A stretch of DNA of 63,701 nucleotides, the filler included, from Lenisia limosa (Eukaryota; Protista; Breviatea), in NCBI GenBank assembly GCA_001655205.1. It is 9 parts of 9 records of this genome, joined end to end, with 100 filler letters (N's around TTAATTAATTAA, not from the genome) between each part and the next. Parts side by side here need not be neighbours in the genome. Positions count along the whole stretch, not along the records: positions 38,903 to 56,844 come from LPNZ01008753.1; 8 more parts are not named here. The stretch is one strand, 5' to 3'. Numbering within the stretch: the stretch's first letter is position 1; each line of letters opens with the position of its first letter. Position numbers and translations under genes: made by a program. The notes under the pieces are model-generated. The model was not told where the DNA came from. It saw only the letters and a list, made by a program, of their open reading frames with translations, and searched no databases. Of the stretch, positions 38,903 to 52,718 are shown in pieces.

Positions 38903-41900
38903 GAACAAGCTGGCTGTAGTTCTGATCCCCTTCACCTCGCGAACAAGCTGGCTGTAGTTCTGTTTTTTTGCCTCATTAGCCTGTTTGAGGCTTCTGACTT
39001 CCTCGGCGCGTTTGCGCTCTTGTTGAAGCTGATCCTGCGCCTTTTGGTTCTGAGGGGTCAAAGGGATAAGAAGACACAAAAGGTGGAGGGGGGGGGGGNN
39101 NNNNNNNNNNNNNNNNNNNNNNNNNNNNNNNNNNNNNNNNNNNNNNNNNNNNNNNNNNNNNNNNNNNNNNNNNNNNCAAAGGATTGCACAAAGAAATATT
39201 ATCACAATGTCTCATACTCCTATTATGTGAAATGCATCATTTGATAAAAACGACATACACAATAATACCCTCAGATACCAATGTTTTTAACCCAGTGAGT
39301 CACCCCCTGGCCCACCATAGAGCTACGCAATGGTGTGACACTGTCATTGGAACGCGGCGGCGGCCGAGCCTTCTCACACTAATTGCTGGTCAGGAGAAAT
39401 AAATGTAACAATAGGCAACAAAACTCGAGGTATCAGAGCCCTATTTGCGATGAAAAAGACTGCGAAAATCCCAATTAAGGACTTAAATATTGAAGTTGAA
39501 TTAAAAAAACCAGCACTTTAAGATTTCAAAGAATCAAATCCCCAACCTATACTCTTGCTAATGAAGAAACTAACACCCTTCCCATACCCGCTCTTTTCGT
39601 TCCCTTAAAATCGCCTGGCGAAGTCGGTTCTCCTCAGCCTCAATTTTCTAGGAAGGGTTCAGTGTCACCAACAACGGTAGTGAGAGGTGATGCGGTTTCA
39701 TACAAACAGTACCGAATCGGACACATTGTACTGCATTACAATCACTTTTATCGTTATATAAGTATGATGAATCAAAAGAAAGCTCCACAATATGTTTCTA
39801 TTCTGATCGAAAACGCTTGGTAACATCACACAATTGTTTAATGGAAGAAACTAGTTGAGCTGGATCGAAATGAATGCCCCCTCCCCCACCTTCCTCTTTT
39901 CTTCATTTCGAACCCAAAGCGGAGGCTGTTTCTTCTTCTGCTGTTCCGGCGGCGGGGTTGACGGCTGCTGGACCTTTGAAAGGGCCTCAAGCTTCATTTC
40001 GGCTGCAACTGACTTGCTAAACGTGTTATTGGCTCAGCGAATAGCATTAGTTCTTCTATTATATATTATACAGTAAGTCTAAATCTTTCCCCTCTCCCAC
40101 TAAGGGTGGTCATCCAATATACATATGATATGATATATATTTATAAGATCCCATCCCTGACCACTCTTATCAAAGTCCGTGTTTTATTTCGATTTTGAAT
40201 TACTTATGTATATGATATGTTCTAACAGCTTCCAATAACTAAAAAAGGCCCACGGTTGGATATCTGCGAGGATTGAGAGTTCTCTCACTGCTTTAAGATG
40301 GTCCTATTGAATCAGAGAAATGGAATAAATTTAAACAGTCTAGATGGAGGTTTCCAGTTCATACAAATGAATACTTATGACGGTTCGCGTATGTGAGTAT
40401 TATACTGGAGGTTGAAAAAACACATACCTTCGTCATTTTAATATGAAGGGTGTTCATTGATGCAGATAAATGCTCCCTGAACAGTGAGTATAGATTCCAA
40501 TAACCAACTCTATTTTATGAAACAAAGGAATTTATGACTTAATTTAGGACCTTGAACAAAGGTAAAATAAAATGTCGATAGATCCATCAGGCTTCCACCG
40601 AATGAAGCCTTCCCAATAAGGCTTCACTTCGGTTCGGGAAAATATTGATACCATATTTACCCTGGAATAATAATAGTATCCCCTTTCACAGCGTTGATTG
40701 AGGAAAACTCAGATTTGTTGGTGATAGTGGGCATCAAAACGAAACCCACCTTGTTTGGTGGTGTTTGGATAGTCGGTCATTTTGATCAGGTCGAGCCGGC
40801 GTGTCATTAAAGGCCTCATGGTCTGCTAAACCTGAGATGGTCACAACATGTCTTGAAACATAAACTACTTTTAAAAAAGATCATAGAGGTAAAATCAAGA
40901 ACCAAACTACCCCCCACCAGCAGTATTGCAGTGTTGCGGCATCCAATGTGCCAGAGAGGCTGTAGTGGTGGTCCAGCCCAAGGAGTCGGCTATCGGAAGC
41001 GGCCGGATCGGCTCGGAAGTCATTTTACCGACAGCCTCCGACATACATTGGCTCAGTGTCGGGACCAGTGAGGGGGCAAATAGGCTAGGGGGCTGGAGGG
41101 GTTATGAACCGCAACAGTGATTGGAAAAAAAAGATGTGTTGTTTTTTACATCATACAGTTATCATTAAAAAAAAGTACAAAAATAATTCGAAAATATGTT
41201 AATATTATATCAAGAAGTGGGTTATCTTATCATAAGAGTTGCCCCGAAGCCCCACATTCTGCTCGGGGCTCTCTTGTTCTGGCACCGGCGCGATGGGGGT
41301 GTTTATGAGATACAGGTGGCTCTGGTTTGCAGGAATCTCGCTCGGTGGTGAGGAGTGGATGACTGCAGATTGGCCTGGGGGGGGGGGGGNNNNNNNNNNN
41401 NNNNNNNNNNNNNNNNNNNNNNNNNNNNNNNNNNNNNNNNNNNNNNNNNNNNNNNNNNNNNNNNNNNNNNNNNNNNNNNNNNNNNNNNNNNNNNNNNNNN
41501 NNNNNNNNCTCATGCATACATCTGGTTTGATTACACATTAGTTTTAAATATTATTGTATTATAATACTGGGATGATATCCCAACAGAATCCAGCAATAAG
41601 GGATCAACCTACCCCATTGCGACAATAGAGCCGACAGGTGTCCGGTCAGTCTGTTGTCGGACTTAGCAACAGGCTGCTTCTCCTGTGTCTTGGCTCTGGG
41701 TTTGACAGGGGCTTTTCGTGGCTCGTTCCAAGGTTGTCGGTACTCCCTGCAATACTTACTGTTATGCGTTAGATCTTAAGGTATGCTCCAACAAGTGAAA
41801 ACAAATAAAAAGAAGCTTAGGAAGCCTTCCTCTCCATTACTCTCAGGGGTATTGATATGATATGAGTAAAATACTGATATTTCACATTACCAATCATTTA

Positions 41901-43126
41901 CCAACAAAACCGATTTCCCATAACCTTTCTACCCATCCCACCTTGGTGGCATCGGCTCCGGCTCCTTCTGTCTCGGCTGTTTGGCCTGCGTCACGGCTTT
42001 ATCCACAGGGGTGGGGGCGGGGTGGGTATCGGGCTCGGCTACCGTCATTTGAACCTTTTGCTGGGGTTTGAGGGTCTTCTGTGGGAGATATGTAAGGGAA
42101 CTGATGAGACTAAGTGATATCACAATAGTAATAACATATTTATCCTGAGAAATCTGAAGGTTACAACTCAAGCCGCCAAACCACGAAGTCGATAAAAGGA
42201 TTTATACACGAAAAAGATCTAAACAAGGTCCATCATACCTGGGTAGAAGCCTGAGGGGGTTCTTCACGTGACTGCTGTTCAGGAATTGTGTATATCTTAG
42301 AATGTGAGACTGCAGGAGCTTTCTCGTGCTGTTTAAATTCAGTCTCAGGCTCATAACTTTCCTCTCTTTTTGAGGCATTATCTCTACAACTGGATTCTTT
42401 GGCCTTCTCTTTCTCTTGTTCAGTTTCTTCATGCCCATCTTTGGCCACCTCTCCTTCGGTTCCTTCTTCCTCAACTTCACTGTCTACCCTTCCAATATCA
42501 TGCTCTTCTGCGGTCTTATCATCATTACCTTCACCTACTGTATGACTCTCAGTTTCCCCAATAAGCTCGCTTTCTTCAACCCCTTGTGGGTCTTTGTCAT
42601 CTGTTTCACCATCCTTGTCATCTTCCTCCTTGTCATCTTCCTCTTCTTGTTCACGTTTGCCCTCTGTAGTAGCAATGTCTGTACGGCTGCCATCATCATG
42701 TTCAGAGCCAATTTCTTCCTTTTCCTTTTCTTTGTTCTCAGTTTCTTCTTCATCATTTTCACTTTCCTTGTTCTTTTCAACATTTTCATCTTCACTTTCC
42801 TTGCTCGTTTCAACATTGTCATCTCTGATGTCCGCTTTCTCATCTTCATTTGTGGAATTTCCTTCTTCACCACCATCCTCTCGAACTTCTTCAGTACCTT
42901 CCACATCACTTACGTCACTTAAATCCACATCCTCTGACTCAATATCCTCCTCCACTTCATCTTCACCACCAAGTTCTTCTTCTCCAAAAAGCGCATCTTC
43001 GCCTACTTCTTCTTCCCATTCTTCTTCAACATCCTCCTCTACTTCCGCTTCTTCCCCTTCCGCTTCTTCCCCTTCCCCTTCTTCCTCCTCTTCAAGCGAA
43101 TTGATTTCTTCTTCAATGTCGCTCAT
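38903..43126 (-). CDS. Large hypothetical gene: ~300-aa Glu/Asp-rich first exon, Pro/Ser-rich middle, coiled-coil end
   Basis: ORF 42233-43126 begins MSDIEEEINSLEEEEE. Downstream AG/GT-bounded exons include EYRQPWNEPRKAPVKP, KIEAEENRLRQAIL and QKAQDQLQQERKRAEEV. That these form one gene is an inference. Confidence 0.55.
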
Positions 43127-44073
43127 TTCTAAATCTGTCAAAGTGGAGTACGTAATATTGCCAGTTTTAACACATGGGGCAATGCGATGGGAGGGCTTGG
43201 TGCATAAAACAGCCTGTAAACAGCATATTCAACCAAAATGTGAATTGTTACTCTCTCTTTTTTTACAAAATCATAAATTTGGGCTCAAAGATAATGTAAA
43301 TGGCTCTGGTTTGGGGTAAGTCTAGCAGTTGGGCATTTGGCGTTAGTAGTAGTTGAGTGGAAATGTTGGAACTGAGCTTAACGACTTGGATTCAGAAAGC
43401 CATCGGGGAAGATGAAGAAAGGAGAGTCACATTTACTAATACAACAAGGAAGGTAATTATTTTCCTGCTCCAAAATCTCTAACAAGTGTCAAAAATGTGG
43501 AAATTTTAGGTTGTAGGAGTGGGGATGGTGGGTAATTTCATTCCCCCTTATTTTACACTCTGAAGAATATTATACTTTCCGGTACACAGACACACAACAT
43601 GAAGAATGATAACGGTATCTGAATACCCATTGTGGTTGACATATTTTCATGGAAGAGAATACCCCCCCCCTCCCCCCATATCAACAGTACTTCCCACACC
43701 AAATCACCACATACCTTACAACAGTGACGAGTCTGTCTTGTCTTTTGTTATCGGGCTGGGCGTCATAGATCATATATTCCCGCTTCAATTCTGCTGATTC
43801 CCTCTCATTTCTTGCCGAAACATCCAACTTGTGAACTCGCACTTTATTAAGAGCGCGATGTGTGAGGAATGATTTTCTTTGGATTCTACCAAGATCCTAC
43901 AAACGCAGAATAAAGGGGAATGGCAACTCTCCGAGTGACATCTTCCCCTTCCTTTTTGGTTCTTTCAGTAGTAAGGTAGTAATATATACAACAAATAGTA
44001 TACTACAAGTCATTTATTTCAATAACAAAGACAGGGTTACAGTTACTCGCCCTTGCCTTGTTTATCCTAAGCA

Positions 44074-46772
44074 ATGGCCACAGTAGTGTTGGCATTCGCC
44101 CTCCTCTTCGCTTCCTCAGTTGCATTTTCTCTTTCAGGATCAGGAACTCACTATGCTGCTGACATTGAAACAAGCACCCTCAAGATCAATGAGATATTTC
44201 AATTGTCTATCCATTCATCTGATCCCTCTCCTTGCTCAGCCTCAAGAATTGGAGAGGTGGGACAACGGACAACGAGGCGATGAGGTTTTTAATAATGACT
44301 TTGAAAGAGTGAGCACTCCCTGAGTCCTGATTCCAAGGTTGTGCATAGTTTCCATTCGTCGGCGAATTATTATTATTCTTACCATATTCCTCCGAAAGTC
44401 ATTGTTGCAGGTTTACCTCCAAGATAAACTGGACCAGGTTGGGATGCTCATCTGCCAAGGGACTGAGTGGCAGGTTTGGGGGTTATTTTGTTGTGATATG
44501 TGTCAGGATTGTTCATTGCTATGTTGGATTTCGACAAAAAACAACGCTAATCTGTGGAATAGCATCCGGCTTACTTACCTGCTCCCTCACACCATTGCGA
44601 TTATCTAACCTGATAGCTCATGACTACTACCTGTCTTTCCGACCCTTGGATGCCACTCGCCTCATGTGGCAGGTATGCCATAATGTGTTATAGATTGGGG
44701 GATAAAGGAACTCTTTTTGATCAATTGAAGTTTACCCAAGAACAAGTTTGAGACTGGAATTATTTTTTACATCTTCTTACCANNNNNNNNNNNNNNNNNN
44801 NNNNNNNNNNNNNNNNNNNNNNNNNNNNNNNNNNNNNNNNNNNNNNNNNNNNNNNNNNNNNNNNNNNNNNNNNNNNNNNNNNNNNNNNNNNNNNNNNNNN
44901 NNNNNNNNNNNNNNNNNNNNNNNNNNNNNNNNNNNNNNNNNNNNNNNNNNNNNNNNNNNNNNNNNNNNNNNNNNNNNNNNNNNNNNNNNNNNNNNNNNNN
45001 NNNNNNNNNNNNNNNNNNNNNNNNNNNNNNNNNNNNNNNNNNNNNNNNNNNNNNNNNNNTGGAATGCGTGGAATACTCCGGGTCCTGTATGAGGGTGTTG
45101 AGCCCCTTATCTCATGCTTTATTTAAAGATTTCTATCATATCATATATTTCACTTCCCTCTCTCACGATGAAGACTACCAAAAGGTGGTGCCCACTGCTG
45201 CCAATCTCGTTCTTGGGTCATCGCAGGCTGCAACAAACATCCCTCCAGGTTGATGGTGGTTGTTTTGCAAAGACGCGTTCTGTCTTATTTGTTTTTATAA
45301 AGGATGCCTTGTGTGCTTCAAACCCGTAAATGATTATATTTTATTATTTTAATATAGGCCATTTTTCGATAGATTTATTATCTTATGATATTTGCATAGC
45401 TATGAACAATAATAGTGCTTTACCCCCCCCCCCCNNNNNNNNNNNNNNNNNNNNNNNNNNNNNNNNNNNNNNNNNNNNNNNNNNNNNNNNNNNNNNNNNN
45501 NNNNNNNNNNNNNNNNNNNNNNNNNNNNNNNNNNNNNNNNNNNNNNNNNNNNNNNNNNNNNNNNNNNNNNNNNNNNNNNNNNNNNNNNNTACGGATTTTG
45601 TTCTTGATTTCACCGTTCTTGCTATTTCTGACGGCTCGCAACCGGATGACACAAATAGTCGGGGGTTCGGTGCTTCTCTTTCTTCTGGGGGGTTAATAAC
45701 TTTGGTTGGAACACAAATTATAGGTAAATTGTATGATTCTTTTCGTTTGAGTTATTCCATATCGATATAGTCAATATCATATGGAGTACATATTACATAT
45801 GATATACAGTGACCGGGGTAAGTCTTGACCGATTTGCTATGTGATTTCCCAAGGACAATCAGTCAAAACTTATCCCGGCCACAGTAATATATGATATAAT
45901 GTATTGATATATTTACAGTTTAGAGTGGGACTACTGGAGCCTTGATACCCCGACAACGTTGGATGAAGGAAACAACCTTCTCATCCAGGATAACAACCGT
46001 AAGCCCATTATATTGCCAGAGTTTTGCTTGGGATAAGTAACATTTCCATAAATAGAAATCATGGGGAAATCTCGAATTGTGTCAGCTATTGTTCGACTTA
46101 GATGAAGGCTGGACACTTGTTTTATGATTGTGACAATTTAAGCAAGAGAACAGTTAAAGTTGTAAAAAAATATTTGCCTGTTAGACGTGTAATTTTACTC
46201 TTTTCAAAGTGACACAGTAGTTCGTCGGGTGAAGGACGTGCAAATGTCTTCGTTCAGTGGTGGCCGTATTGTTGACAGTGTATGTTTGGATTGGGCAAAG
46301 AAAGTGTCTGATTATTGATCTGGCAGTTACTGTATTAATGTTGTTTAGACTCATAAGGTAGCTCATCAAGTATTTGCTCTCTCCGGTTTGATGGAAAGAA
46401 CTGATCACCAACTATCTATCATATGATATGCATAGTATATTTTATAATTTAACAAGTGGAAGCGATAATAGTTTGGGATGTCACGAAAGCGTGGCTATCA
46501 TTATTCTTCCAAGCTTGACATTTTGTCCAGGAATGGAAGTTGACTCATTCACCATCATGTTCTGTGACAACACTCTATCAACTGAGGGTATTGATATGGT
46601 TTTCTTTGCTCTTTGTAAGTAGTTATTATGTAAGTATGTATCCCCCAATATGTATCCCTCCTGATCTTGCTATCTCAAGTCGGCAGAAGTAACAATCGGT
46701 ACCCAGTATAGATGGGATAGCAGAAACAGTTTTCTCATCTGTCACACTGTGGGCACGAGTACCGTTCCTTGA
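44074..46772 (+). CDS. Secreted or surface hypothetical protein with a signal peptide; multi-exon
   Basis: MATVVLAFALLFASSVAFS signal-like start, several open exons, last exon 46680-46772 ending TGA. Confidence 0.55.
45807..45884. mobile_element. Family B (B1) Tc1/mariner-type MITE
   Basis: TA|CAGTGACCGGGGTAAGTCTTGACCGA...AGTCAAAACTTATCCCGGCCACAG|TA. Confidence 0.82.
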
Positions 46773-46798
46773 ATCTAAATAGTATACAACAATCTAAG

Positions 46799-49700
46799 CT
46801 ACCTCTGCAGCCACCGCACGGTTCCAATGATCACGAACGGCCTAGCATCAGGCTAGAAGATTAGAATAAAAAGGTGAATAGGCTACAATGGCTATTGGGA
46901 TATGATACTCAAACAAAATTCCTTGGAGTAAAAATGATATTATGATAGTATTAATAAATTGTAAATAGAATCTACAATTCAGAAATGGATAAATATGCGA
47001 CACCACATTGTGCACTGATTCAAGAGCTTACGTCTTCGAAATGCTGGAATGGGGGAGGGGCCTGTGAAGGGGCAAGGAGGGTAATCTTTCCCGTTTTCAT
47101 GTTCACTTCAGACCTACCAAGGGTTAAATGCTAATTCAGACAGAAATATCCACAAATTCCACGAGACTACATTTGCCTTTCCCTTGCATAATTCATTATC
47201 ACACCAAAACTTTAGACAAATCTACTCTTGCGTTATATTCGTGAAACAAAAGACAAAGTCTGCAGAGGCTTGGTTGCTGCCGAGTCTTCTTCCGGTTTGC
47301 CACCCTGCTTTAAGGAAGCTCAAATCGGGGACATTGACGTCATTTTGCCACAAGGCACCCACATACACGCAATAGAAGCCAGCGACAGGGGTGGAAGCAA
47401 CGTCTTCGATTTTTTGAGCAAAACTCACACCCAAAATGCTGTTGGTTAACCTCGACAGTTCAGCCAGTGGTACCTAAGGTGAAATGATAAAAAGGATCAG
47501 AAAAAGAAAGGCTCTTCTCAAGATAATGTTGCGGCTTTATATCCAAAAAGTATTCAGTATGGGTGAAATGCGAGAAGATGAGAATGTTTTCGTAAAAGGT
47601 CGTACGATACCGATATCTTTTATAAACATGTTGGTGAGGACGGCTTTGGCCAGATACTGCCTAGTTTTTGTACATGCCATATTAATGCTGAATTCTGTTC
47701 CCCTCTACCCCAAAATGGGTCGAGAACTATAGTCACAGACCGAAATGAAGCCCTTGACGTACCTCATGCGCGTCGGTTTGTGAGATGACGGATTCAGAGC
47801 CCATTGGGAGGAGGGATGAAGGCAGCTCCTCAGTTGAGCCGATCGTAACAAACCGCATAGAGTTCAAGGGGACAACCCTGCATGGCGTTATCTCATAGAA
47901 TGGTGCTGACATAATGTGTTTGGAATTTTGAAGATATATCCACATATTCGAAGTTGAGCATATAACCATACTACAACTAAGCCATCTCATTTTTCATGGT
48001 CTTTTGGGGACCAAATTACTTCCCGAGAGGTGTTTCTATCTCGACATCCACCCCCTCACTTGGAAGCAGGCATCAATGATGTATGTGTACCATAGAAGTA
48101 TTCGTGAATTCTTTTATCTCTTGAGGTTTTTCTCCATGAAGACTCACGGCTCACAACCTTGGGGGGAGGGGGGTAAAAGGTGACGATAAACACCTGCAAT
48201 ATCAAATTTACTTTAAACTCTAAACGCATTTAAAAACCAGGCTTGTGATTTTAATTTCTGAAATGAGGGCAAAGGAACCTTTGATGTATGTAGATGTGTG
48301 GCATTGGTTATCTAACAGAGAGAATACATGTCCCTACCCATTGCACTGTTACCCTCATACTCCTCCAGATTTCGGCAATTTGATCAGGTCAAAGGCTAGT
48401 TGCTCTTTCGGGAAATGCTATATCGTCAGAAGAGTCAACAAAATGACAAATAAACTAGAAGCAAAAACAAAATAATCGAACCCAATGCACAAATATCAAC
48501 TCCCTCCCACTTTTTTGAGGCGGAAGAAGAGCTTTTCATCACCCTAGATAATGAGTAATGATAGATAGAAGTGAACGATACAAATAGCTGTCTGAAAAAA
48601 GGCAATACTACCGATAGACAAAACGTTTTAATAGACTGTCGCTATCCCGGACATATTTAATAGACTGTCGCTATCCCAGACATATTTAATAGACTGCCAC
48701 TATCCAGGACATAATAGACTGTTTAAATATATACATATTGAAACATCCACCCACCAGGACGAGAACCGCATCAGGCAGGAATGCAGTGATAGTCTGTGTC
48801 AGAATGTCGAAACCTTGGTCCGTGACCCAGCCCATTGTGTTCATCACCGATCCGGCTGCTTGGCCTTGGGGGTGAGTAAGAGTGGCGCATGAGAAAAAGA
48901 ACGAGTAGGTCTTTTAGAGAGCTCATGATACACACGTGAATATATTGGGTTTCAATAGATCTTTTCACGGTAATTATGGATATTGATTGACATTCTGGAC
49001 CAACGAGACCTTAACCCACATTGAGAGTCTCGGCTCAGCCTGTCGTCAACTTTCATGGCCATTTGCGCCATAATTCGATGGTAGAGTTTGTAGTTGTTTG
49101 AAGGAGTTGCGTGTCCAAAGTAGTATGTCAGCAGAGATTGTGGCACAATTCCCTCCTCAATATCAATTGGCTGTTCGATCACCCTTGAAAGTTACAGGTT
49201 GGCATGAGTGAACATGCTAAAGTTGTAGCGATGGTTGTTGGTAAATAACAAATAGAGAGCAAAAGGGTATTATTCAGATACTATAACACCTGATCGTCAT
49301 TCTATGGGCTTTCATGAACGGTTTTTTAAGAACAAGAATAATAAACCGTATTATTTACCAATTGATAAAAAACAGCCCCTCCCCCCCAAACGAAGTGGAC
49401 ATACAACCCGGGGGTGACAAGTCTCCCTGGCCAATATCCAGGTCCACATAGATTGGAGTGAAGCCCATTCTAACGGACCAATTCACCAACATCTAAAAAA
49501 ATAAACTATTGCAAAATTTAAAGCTCCCACACTCCAATTGATTGGGTAAGCACAACTGAAGATAATACTAGGAGTCTCACTGGTAAAAAAAACGCCATAA
49601 GTCATCGATAAAAACCGACAACAAATAAGTCTTTTTCGACGAAAAAGTGTAAAGAATCATTAGAGCGTACCCTTGCCAAACTCGACTTTCCCGTATCTGT

Positions 49701-50594
49701 ACCTCCAGCAAGGAGAATCTTGGGTCTGAAACATAAGACATAGGCACGGTGAACTCATATTGGGATCAAGCAAGGGAAGCTAGATGTAAATACACTTCAT
49801 TATCTTGGAATACACAGTGAACCCAAATCGTGAGAGTGTGTCATACCAAAAGAACTACATTCCCATCCATTCTACTATTTCGATAAACCTAGTCTGTCCG
49901 AAACTGAAGTGTACCCCTGGCATACCCGGTTTTCTTGCTGGTCTGACAGTCCTGACGAGCTTTGTGGAAGGACGCGTGGAGGTTGAGGTAGACCTTCATA
50001 GGGGTTTCTTGGGCGACATAGCACTGGGCCGAGCCTTGCACCTGAGGGGAGGGGGTGATTAGTGATATTTCGAAGTTGAGGAAGGAGACAGCTTCAGACC
50101 AATGTTGACGATTGTACAGTTTGGGACAAAGTGCCAGAACGGAAAAAACAGAAGAAACACTGCAACAAGAAGATACAATGATTCACAAAAATGAGGATGA
50201 AGATAAATGAAAGCCGCAAAGTTAACATATCATCTACCTTTTCTATCTACGCATGGTTGTTATCACTCCCTTCCTACCTCTATCTCAGCAGTCCTCCAGG
50301 TGAAGACAGCAAACTTTGACCGCTGCATTTTGTAGGCCTTTCCAACCACCATCTCCGTTCCAAACACCTCTGCCTCTCCCTTTGTCAACTGCAAAATATT
50401 AATTCACTTCTACTGCATCAGAGAAGAGAAGAGGCTTTCAATTACAAGAACTGATGGAAATCTGTTACACCCCCCTAAAAACTCCCTCAAGCATCTCGTT
50501 TTCCCACCTTCAAAACTGTAGTGTCGCCATTGGCCTCCACTCTGAGCTCCTCCCACGTGTTAAGTGAGAAACTCTGTGAAGAAGACATGATCAT
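46799..50594 (-). CDS. CLP1: Polynucleotide 5'-hydroxyl kinase / cleavage factor Clp1
   Basis: EELRVE, GEAEVFGTEM, FAVFTW, YVAQETPMKVYLNLH, P-loop GPKILLAGGTDTGKSSLAR, YVDLDIGQG, VMNTMGW, LPKSGGVVSR..RDKRIHEYFYG, ILGVSF..VAGF, and FVIIGTVRWLQR*. Confidence 0.93.
48630..48722. repeat. Intronic 29-bp tandem repeat, ~3 copies
   Basis: AATAGACTGTCGCTATCCCGGACATATTT repeated with no spacers. Confidence 0.9.
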
Positions 50595-50976
50595 ACAGCT
50601 CAGGAAGAGTGTGTCCTATGTCAAGTATGTTTTCCAGCCCTAAACTGATTTCAAACGTTATGTAATTTCAATAGAGGCAGCTTGGCGTGAACCGGGCGTA
50701 AAAGAGAACGGAAGAAACAGAAAAAAAAAAAAAGGCTGATTTTNNNNNNNNNNNNNNNNNNNNNNNNNNNNNNNNNNNNNNNNNNNNNNNNNNNNNNNNN
50801 NNNNNNNTCCTTTTCGTTGAAATTGAAAAAAAAGCACCACTTTGGCACCATTTCGATATTAATGATGAAATTCACAAATTTAAAGTGAAAAAGGAAGGGA
50901 AACGTGGGATTTCATTGTACAAAGTTGAGAAATAACCGAATTACATTTGGGTTGAACTGCAGATCTTCAGTCCAAT

Positions 50977-52306
50977 ATGGACCTTGACAATTTGGAAACA
51001 AGATGCTTCACCTGCAAAACACTAGGTTTGGTTGGATTGGACTTGAATGACCATCATATTGTAAGTAAATGTATCAAGGCTTTCACATTCCACTAGACTT
51101 TCTCCCTTGGACCTGTGAGGGATGTAAGGAGAGCTTCTGTCAGGAGCATCGAAATCCGGTAACCCACAACTGCAGCTCACAAATTGTATGAGTTTGAATA
51201 TTATGTGAAGTATTTTGGCCAAATCATCCAACGTATAATACACTAAACTCTATTGGATCTTAGGGGGGAAAAACTTTTATATTTAGACCCCTATAGGACT
51301 GTCGAGACAAGTATATCAATAGTATCTTGTTTGTTGCAGACAATGTGTATCTATTGTGCAGTTTTCCACTTTCCCTTTAATTTCATATTATCTTTTTGCG
51401 AACCAAAGCATACTTATTTTGGTTCAAACACGAAACGACATCTAGAAGCAGAATGCTCTCTCACCCTTCAGCCCACCGCGTTTGTTCTCCCTAAATGTCC
51501 TTTATGTCAACAAGATATTCCAGTGCCTCGAGGGGGTAATCCTGACCCCTTGGTTGACCTTCATATTCGTGGGAGGAGGAGATCCTTACATATGTACATT
51601 GTACATTGTACATAGTATTTTGAAGAAATTTGATAATACGAACAATTTGCCTATTTGTTTGACAAGACCCCTACAATAGAAAATCAGAGAAAAGGACCTT
51701 GTGGAATATAAGTTATACTCCAGTCAAGCATTTGTAGACTTCTTTGTGTCATTGTTGTAGGGAGGGGCTGCCCAAAAGTGTCGAAAACACCTGGTAAAAC
51801 ACGATGTGGTGCTAAAGGATGTAAAAAGAAAATTGTGAAGGTTCGCGTTGTGAATGATGCATTGTTTGACCTTGAAAGTAATCATTCAGCATAGTTTGAT
51901 ATGACTACAGGTAATAATATATGCAGGTATATGGTATGATCATACCCACAAACGATGTTAGTATCATGTAAAACAGTTGCAGTTGTGCACTACTGGTCAA
52001 TGTGTAAATCATTCCGTCCCCCCTCATCAATTCTCCCAAGTATTATTACTTAGGCTGACGGAATCACGTGCTCAAACTGCAGAACGTTCTACTGTATGGC
52101 CCATAGGTGGGTTGTATCCTTTTTGCCTTCTAACTAACTACGGTAATATAATGGACAGAGAGCAAATGTTGCCATATTGGTCAAACTGCAACAATAATGT
52201 CAAAGAATATGACTAGATGCATATTTAACAGAATAATTACCTTGATAGGTATCCCGACACCCATGCGTGTGAAGATCACAAGCGAACCCTTTCAGCTTTG
52301 GTGTGA
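50977..52306 (+). CDS. ZFAND2: AN1-type zinc finger protein, ZFAND2/AIRAP family
   Basis: MDLDNLETRCFTCKTLDFLPWTCEGCKESFCQEHRNPVTHNC, LPKCPLCQQDIPVPRGGNPDPLVDLHI, RCGAKGCKKK, ITCSNCRTFYCMAHRYPDTHAC. Confidence 0.87.
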
Positions 52307-52718
52307 AACAAAAGAAGAAAAAGCTACATTATAACAAGCTTAAGATTGCGTGATCAGGACCCTATATTGTCGGGTCATAGGGTATGTTGTTTCTTGCATG
52401 TGTGATGAATGAATTTCTTGTTCAGTATCGTCGGGCCCGTTTTCTCTTGGTGAATATTGTCTTGTCCTGACCGTAAATCTGAGCGGTAAGCGACTGAGAA
52501 TCCAAAGGTGCCATTGAAGGTCACATTAGCACTTCAGGTAGGTATTATTCAGGAAAGGCTGAAAAAATAAGACAGTCTATCAAACCTCAACAAGATATCA
52601 GAATACGCAATTATTAAATTAGAAATGAAAAGCGGTGAGAATACAGGTCCAACGAATATAAGGGCCAGGAAGGTAATTTGCGGATAGTATTAATAGGATA
52701 GAAACAGTGAGATGACCA

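Noticed and set aside
38903-38962. 22-bp direct repeat GAACAAGCTGGCTGTAGTTCTG, and duplications at 4505/4547 and 4855/4988
   Set aside because: Each abuts an N gap and is probably a contig-end overlap artefact.
42370-43319. Long Ser/Phe/Leu-rich + strand ORFs (also 57811-58998)
   Set aside because: Antisense shadows of purine-rich acidic or basic coding sequence.
47733-47752. Family A TIR-like sequence as the end of an autonomous hAT element
   Set aside because: No partner TIR, TSD or convincing transposase motif nearby.
48630-48722. CRISPR-like 29-bp repeats
   Set aside because: No spacers and no cas genes; it sits in a eukaryotic intron and is a minisatellite.
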